Shown piece by piece: positions 29,347 to 39,701 of a DNA stretch of 64,000 nt. Every line of letters begins with the position of its first letter. Within the stretch, counting starts at the first letter, position 1. The DNA comes from Leptospiria bacterium (GTDB lineage Bacteria; Spirochaetota; Leptospiria; Turneriellales; CBDBES01). A program made the translations under genes and the position numbers. The notes under the pieces are model-generated. The model did not search any database, was not told where the DNA came from, and saw nothing but the letters and a program-made list of their open reading frames with translations. The DNA is taken from assembly GCA_965262015.1 (NCBI GenBank), contig OZ253494.1, positions 1,018,720 to 1,082,719 on the forward strand, read 5' to 3'.

Positions 29347-29631
29347 ATGGATTTGCGTAAATATGAAGCAGTTATTGTGATAAAAGATTCGGAATCATCT
29401 GTCGCAGGGTTGGCTAATCTTACACAAATTTTTGAAACGAATCAAGCCAAGAGTCTTGTTATGAGCAAACAAGAAGTAAAACCACTCTTTCACGCAAAGA
29501 AAAAACAGAAGAAAGGTATGTTTTGTTTTCTTAATTTTTATCTTAAGCCGTCAGCCGTCCATACCTTAAATACAACTCTCAAACGACATGCGGATGTTTT
29601 AAGTACGTTTATTATACTGTCCCCCAAATAA
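29347..29631 (+). CDS. rpsF: 30S ribosomal protein S6 (divergent)
   Basis: MDLRKYEAVIVIK... and ...FCFLNFYLKPSAVHTLNTTLKRHADVLSTFI follow the S6 pattern. Its position immediately upstream of ssb supports the call. Confidence 0.7.
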   Translation: MDLRKYEAVIVIKDSESSVAGLANLTQIFETNQAKSLVMSKQEVKPLFHAKKKQKKGMFCFLNFYLKPSAVHTLNTTLKRHADVLSTFIILSPK

Positions 29632-29637
29632 ACAATT

Positions 29638-30099
29638 ATGGCTAATGATTTAAACCGAGTACTACTCATAGGTAGATTAACACGAGATCCAGAACTAAAA
29701 TCCACCTCTTCTGGTGCATATTTTTGCAAATTTTCCATAGCTAGTAATCGCAGTTACTATAAAAAAGAGACTGGCGAGACCCGTGATGAAGTAGGTTTTT
29801 TTGACTGTATAGCATGGAATAAACTAGCTGAAATTTTAGGTAAATACTTGCAAAAAGGTAAGCGTGTAGCCATTGATGGTAATTTACGTTGGTCACAATG
29901 GGAGAATCAAGAAGGAAAGAAACAGTCAAAGGTAGAAATATATGTTGATACGTTTCAGTTTCTTGATAATAAGTCTGATACGATAAACTCTAATGCAGTG
30001 CCTTCGTCAGGGCAAAATGCAACAAATTATGATTCTCCTCCTGCACAACCATCCACTAATCAAGATAATTTTATTAGCGACGATGATATGCCTTTCTAA
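29638..30099 (+). CDS. ssb: Single-stranded DNA-binding protein
   Basis: OB-fold N-terminus NRVLLIGRLTRDPELK and an acidic tip ending DDDMPF. Confidence 0.9.
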   Translation: MANDLNRVLLIGRLTRDPELKSTSSGAYFCKFSIASNRSYYKKETGETRDEVGFFDCIAWNKLAEILGKYLQKGKRVAIDGNLRWSQWENQEGKKQSKVEIYVDTFQFLDNKSDTINSNAVPSSGQNATNYDSPPAQPSTNQDNFISDDDMPF

Positions 30100-30113
30100 T
30101 TCGTTAGTAAAAA

Positions 30114-31187
30114 ATGCTATTGTCACAATTATTCACTCTTTTTTTCTCTCTTCCGTTCAATTTAATCACAATTGCATTTGTGTTCTGGTGTTTGCCTAGT
30201 GCCGTACCAAGGCGCTACATCTTAACTACAATACTCATTATATTGGCTTCTTCGATACTATTACCACAACAAGCATTACTTACTTTCTGGCTACCAGGCG
30301 GTAGTTCAATAATCTTATGTATTATAGGCATCACAATCTTTTTTCTAGATAACAAACAGTATCATAGCACTATGAAAAAAAGCTATAAACTCAACCGCAA
30401 TAAGACAAAACAAGAGTTAATGAAGATAGATGATATTTTTGAAAGACATAAAGCATATTTAGAACGTGTTAAGAAAATGAGTCAAGACCTACTCAAGAGA
30501 GATAAAGAGATCGGGAAGCAGGTTACGCTCTATTTTGTCGTCGCTATTTTAGCCACTTTCTTTCTAACAGCTATATACTGGATATGTGCCTACCACTACA
30601 ATTGGGAGGTACTGAACCTTTTTAAAGAAGACTTCATGAAAAAATTGGATACTCTTTTGACAACCCTACAACATGATAAAAAATCTATTAGCACCAACCT
30701 AATGGATTACAAATCATATTTTTTTGTAGCTATTTTAATCACAAATGTATTATGTATATTTCTAAGTATTGCTGTATTACGTCTAATGAATATCCGGAAA
30801 AAAGTTATATCCTTTTACCCTCCTGAAATTACCTTTTTTCACATGCCTGATCATACAATTATAGTTTTTCTTGTTTTATTAAGCTTATTTACTTATGCTT
30901 TAGGAAGACATCCCACAACTTCATCTTTCTTTGAATGGACAATGACACTTCTGTCTATTAATGCCTTGTTATATATAGTACAAGGTATTGCTACTATAAC
31001 TATCCACTTAAGAATTCGACTGTTGCCACCACGTGCTATTTTAGGCCTCTATTTTGTTCTAAGCTATTTTTCTATCCATATTTTTGTATTTATAAGTTTT
31101 TGCTTTCTTTTGATTGGTTTGTTAGATTTTGTTTTTGAATTTAGAAAAAAGGCTTTACAACCCAAGTTACTCACTTCCCACTCTTGA
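30114..31187 (+). CDS. Polytopic membrane protein, DUF2232/YybS-like
   Basis: About 8 TM segments. It occupies the same position (between ssb and rplI) as yybS in Firmicutes. The assignment rests on topology and context only. Confidence 0.45.
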   Translation: MLLSQLFTLFFSLPFNLITIAFVFWCLPSAVPRRYILTTILIILASSILLPQQALLTFWLPGGSSIILCIIGITIFFLDNKQYHSTMKKSYKLNRNKTKQELMKIDDIFERHKAYLERVKKMSQDLLKRDKEIGKQVTLYFVVAILATFFLTAIYWICAYHYNWEVLNLFKEDFMKKLDTLLTTLQHDKKSISTNLMDYKSYFFVAILITNVLCIFLSIAVLRLMNIRKKVISFYPPEITFFHMPDHTIIVFLVLLSLFTYALGRHPTTSSFFEWTMTLLSINALLYIVQGIATITIHLRIRLLPPRAILGLYFVLSYFSIHIFVFISFCFLLIGLLDFVFEFRKKALQPKLLTSHS

Positions 31188-31198
31188 CGAGTCTATTC

Positions 31199-31825
31199 AT
31201 GAAAGTTTTATTAACAAAAGATGTCCCTAATCTAGGGAAAAGTGGCAATATCAGAATAGTCAAGGATGGTTACGCCAGAAACTATTTATTGCCTAATTCA
31301 CTAGTAATTCCATTTAACGCAAACTCTAGTAAACACAAACAATTTTTAGAGGAAATGTCTTTGAAAAAAATCGCAAAAAGACGTCGTGAGGCCGAAGAAT
31401 ATCAGGGCAAGGTTGAAGGTGTAACGGTTACTTTTCAGGTTAAGGTAGGGGAAGGCGGTAAACTATTTGGTAGCATTACAAGTCTTCATATTCATAGAGA
31501 GCTTAAAAATCAAGGTATCGCAATTGACCGACGTGACATTAACCTTGATAGCCCTATTCGCAGTTTAGGTATATTTTCTGTATCTACTAAGTTATTTGAT
31601 GATATTGCAGCAAGTATCAAGGTAGTTGTGCAAGATGAGCACGGTAATACATCCTTTGTTCCTCCCAAACCAGAAACGGAGAATGATGATTCGCTTGATG
31701 AATACAGAACTGAAAACGTTCAAGAAAATACATCTTCGTCTCAACATGATGAGAAATCTTCAGACGAACATGATGAGCAATCTTCAGACGAACATGATGA
31801 ATCGTCCGAACATATAGACACTTGA
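31199..31825 (+). CDS. rplI: 50S ribosomal protein L9 with an acidic repeat tail
   Basis: MKVLLTKDVPNLGKSGNIRIVKDGYARNYLLP. The C-terminal ~60 aa are acidic, HDEKSSDEHDEQSSDEHDESSEH, encoded by 24-nt repeats at 31741-31815. Confidence 0.88.
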   Translation: MKVLLTKDVPNLGKSGNIRIVKDGYARNYLLPNSLVIPFNANSSKHKQFLEEMSLKKIAKRRREAEEYQGKVEGVTVTFQVKVGEGGKLFGSITSLHIHRELKNQGIAIDRRDINLDSPIRSLGIFSVSTKLFDDIAASIKVVVQDEHGNTSFVPPKPETENDDSLDEYRTENVQENTSSSQHDEKSSDEHDEQSSDEHDESSEHIDT

Positions 31826-31880
31826 ACCCAAAATACCAATATGATGTCTTCACCTCCGTTGATGTCTATCCCCTCTACCC

Positions 31881-33212
31881 GTGAATATCTATGATGAAGA
31901 GGCCGAAAGTGTTGTATTAGGCACATTGTTCCAGAATGCAGATACTTTTAGTGATATTGGCGAATATGTTAGAGAAGATGACTTCTACACCGAATCACAT
32001 CGACTAATCTTTCGTAGCTTTGCCCAAATGATTGACCAGGGTACCAAGCCTGATATAGTCTTAATCGCTTCAGACCTAAGAGAAAAAAAAGTATTAGAAA
32101 AAGTTGGTGGAAACACTTATCTAACACAATTAGCAAGTAGTGGTAGTCTGTTAAGTGCAGAATCCTGTGCTAAAAAAATCAAAGAGTTATCGTTACGTCG
32201 TTCTTTATTCTATCACCTTAAAGACTTAGAAAAACAAGTTTTTGATTCAGATGTTAGTATAGAGGCATTATTTTCAAAAGCTGAAGAATCTATATCTTCC
32301 ACAGCTGATCGATATAGTGCACATGATGTTAGGCATATTAAGATGTTGGATCAGGACTTTCAGGAATATATTAAACATATAAAAGCTGCTGAAGGCGGTA
32401 TCACTGGCTTACCTACTCATTTCAAAAAATTAGATGAGTTAACCACAGGCTTTAAAGCAGGACAGTTCATCGTTTTGGCTGCTCGACCTGGTGTTGGTAA
32501 AACTACACTAGCCCTCAATATCGCATCTCAGATGGCATTAAAATCTAATCTTACTGTTTTAATATTTTCACTTGAAATGAGTAGTATTGAGCTTTTATTA
32601 AAAATGGTATGTGCGAATGCTTTTCTTGACTCAAGCAGGGTTCAAAAAGGCTATATCACGGATAAAGAAATTCATAAAATTTACCAAGCATGTGCACAAA
32701 TTTATGCTAAACAGATTTACATAGATGATAGCCCTCATTTGACCAGCTGGGAATTAAAACAAAGAAGTAGGCGATTAGCTCACCAATTAAATACCCAAGG
32801 TAATAAACTTGATTTTATTATTGTTGATTATTTACAACTTATAGCTGAAAAAACACGAGCTGAAAATCGTCAGGTAGAAGTGGCTCACTTATCCCGAACT
32901 ATGAAATTAATCGCAAAAGAATTACATGTACCTATCTTAGTTGTTTCTCAGATGAACAGAGCAATAGAACAGAGGGGCAAGGACCATAAACCACAGTTAT
33001 CTGATTTACGAGAATCGGGAGCTATTGAACAAGATGCTGACACCGTAATATTTATTCATCGAGAAGAACTATATAATCCTGAAATAGCCGAAAGTGAAAA
33101 AGGCACTGCCGAACTTATTCTTGCAAAACACCGTGCTGGCCCAACTGGCTCTGTTAAGTTAGCTTTTAAAAAAGAAACAAACAGCTTCTATGATTTTATG
33201 CGTGACGGATAG
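31881..33212 (+). CDS. dnaB: Replicative DNA helicase
   Basis: GTG start. EAESVVLGTLF, Walker A AARPGVGKTT, IIVDYLQL and SQMNRAIEQR. Confidence 0.93.
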   Translation: MNIYDEEAESVVLGTLFQNADTFSDIGEYVREDDFYTESHRLIFRSFAQMIDQGTKPDIVLIASDLREKKVLEKVGGNTYLTQLASSGSLLSAESCAKKIKELSLRRSLFYHLKDLEKQVFDSDVSIEALFSKAEESISSTADRYSAHDVRHIKMLDQDFQEYIKHIKAAEGGITGLPTHFKKLDELTTGFKAGQFIVLAARPGVGKTTLALNIASQMALKSNLTVLIFSLEMSSIELLLKMVCANAFLDSSRVQKGYITDKEIHKIYQACAQIYAKQIYIDDSPHLTSWELKQRSRRLAHQLNTQGNKLDFIIVDYLQLIAEKTRAENRQVEVAHLSRTMKLIAKELHVPILVVSQMNRAIEQRGKDHKPQLSDLRESGAIEQDADTVIFIHREELYNPEIAESEKGTAELILAKHRAGPTGSVKLAFKKETNSFYDFMRDG

Positions 33213-33214
33213 CT

Positions 33215-33712
33215 CTATTCTTTTAAACTAATTTTTGAGCCAGGTATAATATTATTATTTTTAAACCAACCTTGATTTGTTTCAATCACATATTGCACTA
33301 GCCCGTTAGACGGTACTAATTTTTTGCTTAAAGGTTGCATGGTTTTGATAGAAGTAACTACGCCGTTGGTATTAATAAAAGCAATACTCAGTGGAATATA
33401 AGTTGATTTCATCCAGAAGTTCACTATCTGTGGATATGACCATTCAAAAAGCATACCTGTACCTTTCTTTAAAGAAGAACGGAACATTAAGCCTTTTCGT
33501 TTTTCAGCGTTAGTTTTAGCAACCTCGCATAATAACTCCACAGGACTATTATGAACATCCCTAAAAATTACCGTCAAATAGGTAGTAGATTTGGTATTCT
33601 TTATGGAATCTTGTACAGCATCTTTCTCAAGTACTTTACTAACACATTGCAACGAGAAAAGTATACCCCCAAAACAGATAAAAATAGATATAATAGTAAT
33701 TCTCAACTTCAT
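33215..33712 (-). CDS. DUF192-domain exported protein
   Basis: RKGLMFRSSLKKGTGMLFEW...NFWMKSTYIPLSIAFIN. The start is placed at MKLRITIISIF (signal peptide). The longer ORF to 33907 would overlap the divergent zapB-like gene. Confidence 0.65.
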   Translation of the reverse strand: MKLRITIISIFICFGGILFSLQCVSKVLEKDAVQDSIKNTKSTTYLTVIFRDVHNSPVELLCEVAKTNAEKRKGLMFRSSLKKGTGMLFEWSYPQIVNFWMKSTYIPLSIAFINTNGVVTSIKTMQPLSKKLVPSNGLVQYVIETNQGWFKNNNIIPGSKISLKE

Positions 33713-33807
33713 TGCTAAACTGATCTGAGAATAGACCGATATGTCTGGCAAGTATATTTCATAATATACTTGCCATTTTATGTGCATTTTAGGAGGTATT
33801 TTATAAT

Positions 33808-34629
33808 ATGATGACAATGGAACAATTAGAACAACTAGAACATAGAATTGTAAAAGCTCTAGACTTAATATCAGATTTAAGATTAGAAAATACACAATTA
33901 GAATCACAAATCGAAGAACACAAAATTGATGAACAAGAAAAAAATGAAGAGATTAAACATTTAAAATTAGAATTACAAGAAGCCACTGAGGCATTACAAG
34001 AGATTAAAACTAAGGAAGCAGAGCTTGAATCCAAGGTAGTAAGTATATTATCCCGCCTAGAAAATATGAAAAATAAGACTACTAATATTGATATGAGCGA
34101 TAACTCGACGCCTATCATGGAACGAGCTAAGTCAATGTCAGACAATTCTCATCAGACTGATCTTGATAATACTCCAACTCTACCACAAAGTGATTTTGAA
34201 GAAAAAGCCTTGGATGAAAAAACAGAGGTGCCACACGTTGTCCCTATACTGGATGAAATAGGCAATATTGAAGAAGATACACTAGAATCTCTTGAAGATA
34301 CCAACATTGATATTTCAGAAATAGATTTAGATATTACTGGTACTTCTAGTACGGACGAATCTAAAGATGACAATGATATGCTTCTTCTTGACGATCAAAT
34401 AGATACACCCTTACCTGACGCATCTACACAAAAACATAGTAAACAAGATGAAGAGAAAGTAGAACACCATGAAAAAAATAATCTAGATAGCGATTTAGCG
34501 GATCAAGACAATAGTCATGAAATTTTAAATGTCTTTCATGATGATGATGATTTCCTTATAGTTGATGACGAAGCGGATGAAGATAATCCCACTACTGCGA
34601 ATACCCTTCATGGTCACTCTAAGGTATAA
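33808..34629 (+). CDS. ZapB-like coiled-coil protein with a long acidic tail
   Basis: The N-terminus MEQLEQLEHRIVKALDLISDLRLENTQLESQIEE resembles the ZapB leucine-zipper pattern. It lies directly upstream of zapA (2-nt gap). Confidence 0.5.
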   Translation: MMTMEQLEQLEHRIVKALDLISDLRLENTQLESQIEEHKIDEQEKNEEIKHLKLELQEATEALQEIKTKEAELESKVVSILSRLENMKNKTTNIDMSDNSTPIMERAKSMSDNSHQTDLDNTPTLPQSDFEEKALDEKTEVPHVVPILDEIGNIEEDTLESLEDTNIDISEIDLDITGTSSTDESKDDNDMLLLDDQIDTPLPDASTQKHSKQDEEKVEHHEKNNLDSDLADQDNSHEILNVFHDDDDFLIVDDEADEDNPTTANTLHGHSKV

Positions 34630-34631
34630 AA

Positions 34632-34964
34632 ATGTCTTTGGTTGCAGAAGTTAACACATCCACCTTCTCTAAGGTAAAAGTAAAAATCTTGGACAAAGAA
34701 TACGTACTCAAAGGGGAGGTAGATCCCTCTTACATGCAAGAGGTAGCTCTATTTGTTGATAAGCGTATTCGTGATTTACAACGTAGTCTGAACAGTATGA
34801 GCATGGATAAAGTTATATTATTAGCTTTTCTTAATTTAGCTGATGACCATTTACAACTACGGGTGGCTTCTAATGATAATACTCATGAAGGTGAAGCAGA
34901 TCTGATATCACAAAAAACTGCTTATTTAATTAATCTACTTGAAGAAAACATCATCGGTAAATAA
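34632..34964 (+). CDS. zapA: Cell division protein ZapA
   Basis: VKVKILDKEYVLKGEVDPSYMQEVALFVDKRIRDL is a typical ZapA N-terminal domain followed by a coiled coil. Confidence 0.75.
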   Translation: MSLVAEVNTSTFSKVKVKILDKEYVLKGEVDPSYMQEVALFVDKRIRDLQRSLNSMSMDKVILLAFLNLADDHLQLRVASNDNTHEGEADLISQKTAYLINLLEENIIGK

Positions 34965-34972
34965 TACAATAA

Positions 34973-36358
34973 CTATCCGAGACGTGCACGTAGCTTGAGA
35001 TAAGGTCCTCCATCTGTCACCTTTACCCACTCCTTGTGACCCTTACCACACATCCCTAGACCATTGATTTCAAACTCTTGAGACATCATGCTAATAGACT
35101 TAAGTACATCAGGTACATAACCTGTAATGATCACAGGTGAATAAACTTCACCTGTTAATTTGCCATTTGTAATTTTTTCAGCATATAAACCCTCTAACTG
35201 GATACCCCATCCTTTTGGATCTTCCATACCATTCGTAGCCCTCTTAATAAAATAACCACTCTTTACAGAAGCAATCATATCTTCTATGGTATCATGACCA
35301 GGTAAAAAGTATGTATTTGTCATTCTAGAATAGACTTTTTTCTTATAGGACTCACGGCGACCATTTGGTGTCCGTTTTATACCAAGGACACTGGCACTTC
35401 GGTGATCTGTGATAGGCTGTTTAAGTATTCCTTTATCAACAATATGTGTTTCACTTGCTTCTTGACCTTCATGATCAAAAAAATAACTACCAGCAACCCC
35501 TTTCAAGGCAGGCGAATCTACCAAGGTCACTAGTGGAGATGCAACTTGCTTATTAATATATTCTTTGGCTTTTGCTCTATTTTTCAAAAGAGTATCCGCT
35601 TCAGTGCCATGTCCAAAAGCTTCATGTGCTAGCATCCCAGACATACTAGGTGCAAAAATACAGGTATAAAAACCAGGTTGGATCCGTTTAGCTGTTAAAA
35701 TTTTATTACCATCCTGCAACATCATATCTAAAAGATTTGGAGACGGAGAGATATTATCCCAGGAACCTTGGTAACCATACCCGTCATAAATATGAGTTGT
35801 ATATTGCTTATACTTTAAAACTGCAGAAAATATAGCCTCTACATAAGAAATTTTTTGTTCAAGTTGTTTATGACGGCTAATATAATACTCATGATTAATT
35901 GTTCTTTTGAACATAGCTTGGCTCATTACCACAAGTTTATCCCGTTGCTGTATTTGATGTACAATATTTTGTGCTTTTTGTACAAGTTCACTTAATTCGG
36001 TTCTATCCGTATCATATGAAGCATCAAACTTTTTACAGGAATTCTCTTCTTCTCTCATATTAGCCAAAACACCACTACTATTATGTTTTTCTAATTCAAT
36101 TTGAAAATTTTTTACTATGTTATTCAGCTGTTTATGAGAAATAAGAGAACTTGATGATTCATACACCACGCCATTTTTTACAACAGAAATTACGATACCT
36201 TGTTTGTATTCAAGCCCTTCAGCTAAGGTCTGATTTAGATTAGCATGAATTTTGGTACCATAAGACTTTTGGTATAGCCCTCTAACAAACTGATAATCTT
36301 TAAATAGAGGATTTAAAGCAGATTTAATATCATCTGGTGAAATGTGTTTATCTTGCAT
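34973..36358 (-). CDS. tldD: TldD/PmbA-family metalloprotease
   Basis: HEAFGHGTEAD zinc motif and the C-terminal GMCGKGHKEWV...GGPYL block. Confidence 0.85.
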   Translation of the reverse strand: MQDKHISPDDIKSALNPLFKDYQFVRGLYQKSYGTKIHANLNQTLAEGLEYKQGIVISVVKNGVVYESSSSLISHKQLNNIVKNFQIELEKHNSSGVLANMREEENSCKKFDASYDTDRTELSELVQKAQNIVHQIQQRDKLVVMSQAMFKRTINHEYYISRHKQLEQKISYVEAIFSAVLKYKQYTTHIYDGYGYQGSWDNISPSPNLLDMMLQDGNKILTAKRIQPGFYTCIFAPSMSGMLAHEAFGHGTEADTLLKNRAKAKEYINKQVASPLVTLVDSPALKGVAGSYFFDHEGQEASETHIVDKGILKQPITDHRSASVLGIKRTPNGRRESYKKKVYSRMTNTYFLPGHDTIEDMIASVKSGYFIKRATNGMEDPKGWGIQLEGLYAEKITNGKLTGEVYSPVIITGYVPDVLKSISMMSQEFEINGLGMCGKGHKEWVKVTDGGPYLKLRARLG

Positions 36359-36461
36359 ACAGTATAGATCGAAGATGTTAATGATAAGAGTTTTTGTGTC
36401 AAGAATAATAAAGTTGACAGTTTTTAGTTAAATTCTCTATTAAAACAGGCAGGAGTCATCT

Positions 36462-37676
36462 ATGTTTCGAATAGTAAAGTTTCAACCTAATGCGGCCATT
36501 GTTGTGGAAGGCAAGATGGCAGATCAGTTTTATATTGTGAAAGAAGGGCAAGTACAATTAACACCCGAAATACCTATACCTGGAGAGGAGGTAGCACAAC
36601 TATTAAAAACGGGTGATTTCTTTGGAGTCGTATCATCAATGAGTGGTCATCCGTATATTGAGACTGCACAGGCCATTTCACAGGCCTCTACCATCGCAGT
36701 ACACAGGGACCAATTTGCTTGGTTAATCCAGAAAAATACCCCAATAGCGATGAAAATCATACGATATTTTTCACAACGTTTACGAGTTATTGACCAAGCT
36801 ATTACTAAGTTGTCCTTCCATGACGACGTGCAAGATGAAGATATTCACTTAATGTTTAATGTTGGTGAATACTATGATCAAAATAATTTAGATCAACAAG
36901 CTATTACCGCATATCAGAAATACCTGTATTATTGTCCACAAGGTCCGCATGCCTCTAAATCTAAAAGTCGTCTACTGAGCTTGGGAGCTAGTGATATCTC
37001 GGAAGAACCCTCAAAAACCAGCCTAACTACATCGTTTAAAGATGGAGTTATGATTTTTATTGAGCATGAGCCGGGTGCAGAATTATATATTATCCAGCAG
37101 GGCAATGTGAAAATCACAAAAATTGTTGATAAGAATGAGGTATTGCTCGCAGTTCTACGACCTGGCGACATCTTTGGTGAAATGGCATTACTGGATAATA
37201 AGCCTAGATCGGCATCAGCTTGTGCCTATGGTGACGTAATAGTATTTGCCGTCAATAAAGCAAACTTTGAAACTATGGTACAGATGCAACCCCAACTAGC
37301 TGTAAAATTGATCACTATTTTAAGTGAAAGAATTTGGGCTGCCTATCGTCAGCTAGCTAATCTATTAATTATTGATCCACTAGGTAGAGTGTATGACATG
37401 CTGCTAATTCTAGTACAGAAGAAACAGATAGCAATACAACCTAAGACTTCTTATACATTTGATATTGGAGTACAAGAACTGAGTGACATGATTGGTTTCC
37501 CTAAAGAAGAAGGTGAAAAACACGTCATTGAACTATTAAAAAACAAAGACTTCAGATTAGATGGTGGAAAAATAATATGTAGTGATTTGGTGGAATTAGA
37601 GAAACAAGTCCTTTTCTACCGTAAAAAGACAGCCATTGAAAGAAAGCGTGATGCAACTATTTCTTCACGCTACTAA
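36462..37676 (+). CDS. Protein with two cyclic-nucleotide-binding domains
   Basis: Two cNMP-like beta-barrels, GDFFGVVSSMSGHPYIETA and GDIFGEMALLDNKPRSASA, separated by a helical linker. A good RBS (AGGAG) lies upstream. Confidence 0.75.
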   Translation: MFRIVKFQPNAAIVVEGKMADQFYIVKEGQVQLTPEIPIPGEEVAQLLKTGDFFGVVSSMSGHPYIETAQAISQASTIAVHRDQFAWLIQKNTPIAMKIIRYFSQRLRVIDQAITKLSFHDDVQDEDIHLMFNVGEYYDQNNLDQQAITAYQKYLYYCPQGPHASKSKSRLLSLGASDISEEPSKTSLTTSFKDGVMIFIEHEPGAELYIIQQGNVKITKIVDKNEVLLAVLRPGDIFGEMALLDNKPRSASACAYGDVIVFAVNKANFETMVQMQPQLAVKLITILSERIWAAYRQLANLLIIDPLGRVYDMLLILVQKKQIAIQPKTSYTFDIGVQELSDMIGFPKEEGEKHVIELLKNKDFRLDGGKIICSDLVELEKQVLFYRKKTAIERKRDATISSRY

Positions 37677-37691
37677 TCTCATCCCCCTGCT

Positions 37692-38018
37692 TTAACTATT
37701 ATATTTATATAATATATAGATGGATATTGCAAAAGAGGCAAGAGATGATATGCAACTTACCCATATTAGTGATTTATAGAAACCAAGTTTTTTACTAGTC
37801 CTTTGTAGCCATTTATCTGTTTCTTTAATTTCTGCTTCTAACCCCAGAATAGTTTGTTCAAACCTAACTATACTATCGACAGTATGGCGATTACCCACAT
37901 GCTCATCTACCAATGGTGCTATTTTTTTTAATAAGCCAGAAATAATGGGATAATATTTAATAACACTATCAATAGTAAGTTTTTTTAAAAATAAAGACAT
38001 AAAGTTAATAGACCTCAA
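37692..38018 (-). CDS. Small hypothetical protein with a C-terminal TM anchor
   Basis: 108-aa ORF whose start overlaps the stop of the upstream reductase gene by 14 nt. C-terminal TM segment LIWVSCISSLASFAISIYILY. Confidence 0.45.
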   Translation of the reverse strand: MRSINFMSLFLKKLTIDSVIKYYPIISGLLKKIAPLVDEHVGNRHTVDSIVRFEQTILGLEAEIKETDKWLQRTSKKLGFYKSLIWVSCISSLASFAISIYILYKYNS

Positions 38019-38889
38019 TGATTAATTGTCTATCTATCAACTGTTTATATTCTAGAGAATCGATCTTTAAAGAAAGCACACTTACTATTCTATTGATAAT
38101 ACTATTCTTCATAGACTTAAGCCCACATAAATAGATTAAAGTTTTAGGGTTAGATAAAATTTCTTTCATCTCTGTATGATATTTTTCAATTAAATGATCT
38201 ACATACATCTTTTCACTTTGTGTACTTGATGTTTCTCTACTTAAGGCAGTATCATAGCTTACCCATTCATTATATTTCTGCCATTCTTCATGATATAACA
38301 ACTCGGACTGATACTTTACTCCTAGAAATAAATAAATAGGATGCTTAATTGGATGTCCCATTCGTTTTAACTTTTGTAACATACCACGAAAAGGAGCAAT
38401 ACCTGTTCCTGTCCCAAAAAATATATATGGTCTATCTATATATTCTGCCGTAGGTAATAGAAAATGCTTACCTGCTGGCCCAGTCAAAGAGACACTGTCG
38501 CCCACTTTTAAATCACATAAATAATTTGAGACAATACCATACTTTTTGGTATTTGTTTCAGGGTCTAAATATACTACACGTTTTACACAGATTTCTACTT
38601 GATTGGGGGAAGAAGAACCTCCATGAGCAGATGCAATGGAATACAATCGTAAAACTGGTTTTGTAACATTAGCAGTTTCGGGTGTAACAAGGACCCCAAC
38701 ACTTTGCCCTTCCGCAAAATTAAGATCTTGTTTTGTTTCAAAAACAATGTGTTTTACTTGATTTTCTGGATCATCATGTGAAAATAGATCACGCATTTCT
38801 ACAACACGTGCTTCTAATGGACCTGATTTTCTATACGTATTTACTGGAACAACCGGGAAGATAGAATTTAAGGCACTACTCATTATCAA
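38005..38889 (-). CDS. Plant-type ferredoxin-NADP+ reductase
   Basis: FAD motif RLYSIAS, NADP motif GTGTGIAPFRG, and a C-terminus ending ...IIEVY (terminal aromatic residue). Confidence 0.85.
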   Translation of the reverse strand: MIMSSALNSIFPVVPVNTYRKSGPLEARVVEMRDLFSHDDPENQVKHIVFETKQDLNFAEGQSVGVLVTPETANVTKPVLRLYSIASAHGGSSSPNQVEICVKRVVYLDPETNTKKYGIVSNYLCDLKVGDSVSLTGPAGKHFLLPTAEYIDRPYIFFGTGTGIAPFRGMLQKLKRMGHPIKHPIYLFLGVKYQSELLYHEEWQKYNEWVSYDTALSRETSSTQSEKMYVDHLIEKYHTEMKEILSNPKTLIYLCGLKSMKNSIINRIVSVLSLKIDSLEYKQLIDRQLIIEVY

Positions 38890-38928
38890 CTCCTATATTA
38901 GGTTGGGGGAAAGACCAGAATATACCGC

Positions 38929-39219
38929 TTAACTAGACTCTTTATCACTGGATTTTACTGCTGAAGATTCATTATCTTTACTTTGAGTTTTATCCTGAAT
39001 TTTTTTATTTTCGTTAGATTCTGTTGTATCTTTCTTATTCTTGTAGTCAGTAACGTAAAACCCACTTCCTTTGAAGTGGATACCAGCACCGCCTGATATC
39101 TTTCTTTTAATCTCTTTACTGCCACATTCCCCACAAGATAATTCTGGTGATTGTGACATACCATGAAAAACTTCAAAACCGAAATCACATTGGTTACAAT
39201 AATACTCGTAAGTAGGCAT
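38929..39219 (-). CDS. FmdB-family zinc-ribbon protein
   Basis: MPTYEYYCNQCDFGFEVFHGMSQSPELSCGECGS is the canonical FmdB CxxC...CxxC N-terminus. Confidence 0.85.
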   Translation of the reverse strand: MPTYEYYCNQCDFGFEVFHGMSQSPELSCGECGSKEIKRKISGGAGIHFKGSGFYVTDYKNKKDTTESNENKKIQDKTQSKDNESSAVKSSDKESS

Positions 39220-39295
39220 AGGTTATACTCACTTCAGATCATGAAAAAATGATGGAGCTGTCAATGCATTAATTGGTTACTATTGTAGAATCCAT

Positions 39296-39560
39296 GGACA
39301 TATGTTACAGTTATTGCCTAGGCCACTTTCATAGATTCGTAAAATCTCTTTGTGGTGTTAAAAAATCTTCTTAGTTGTTTGATTGTGTTCTTGATCTGTT
39401 TTTTAGCAATGCTAAAAGGAGTTTCCATTGGTTGCTCTCTTTATTTTTAGTATCTTAAAGAAAAACGGCTTATGAACGCCTTAAACTGTCTAAAAATGGA
39501 ACCTACGCTTTCAAATTTTCTAAGACTTCATAGAAAAAATGGTGGTAAGAGATTAATCGC
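39296..39560 (-). mobile_element. Internally deleted IS remnant (5' leader/start fused to the 3' end of an rve-type transposase gene)
   Basis: The minus strand encodes METPFSIAKKQIKNTIKQLRRFFNTTKRFYESMKVA*. The last ~70 bp (39300-39366) are essentially identical to 45010-45077, and the 5' part is homologous to 2850-2965. Confidence 0.45.
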
Positions 39561-39701
39561 CTCGTATAAAAAGTCTATAACTGTAATATAAAATTAGAAA
39601 AACTAATTTTATATGAAACATGGTGATAATCAAAAAACAGCTAAAAAAACTAAATACCCCACCCCAACGTGGGATGGGTAAAATAATATACGAGATTACA
39701 A

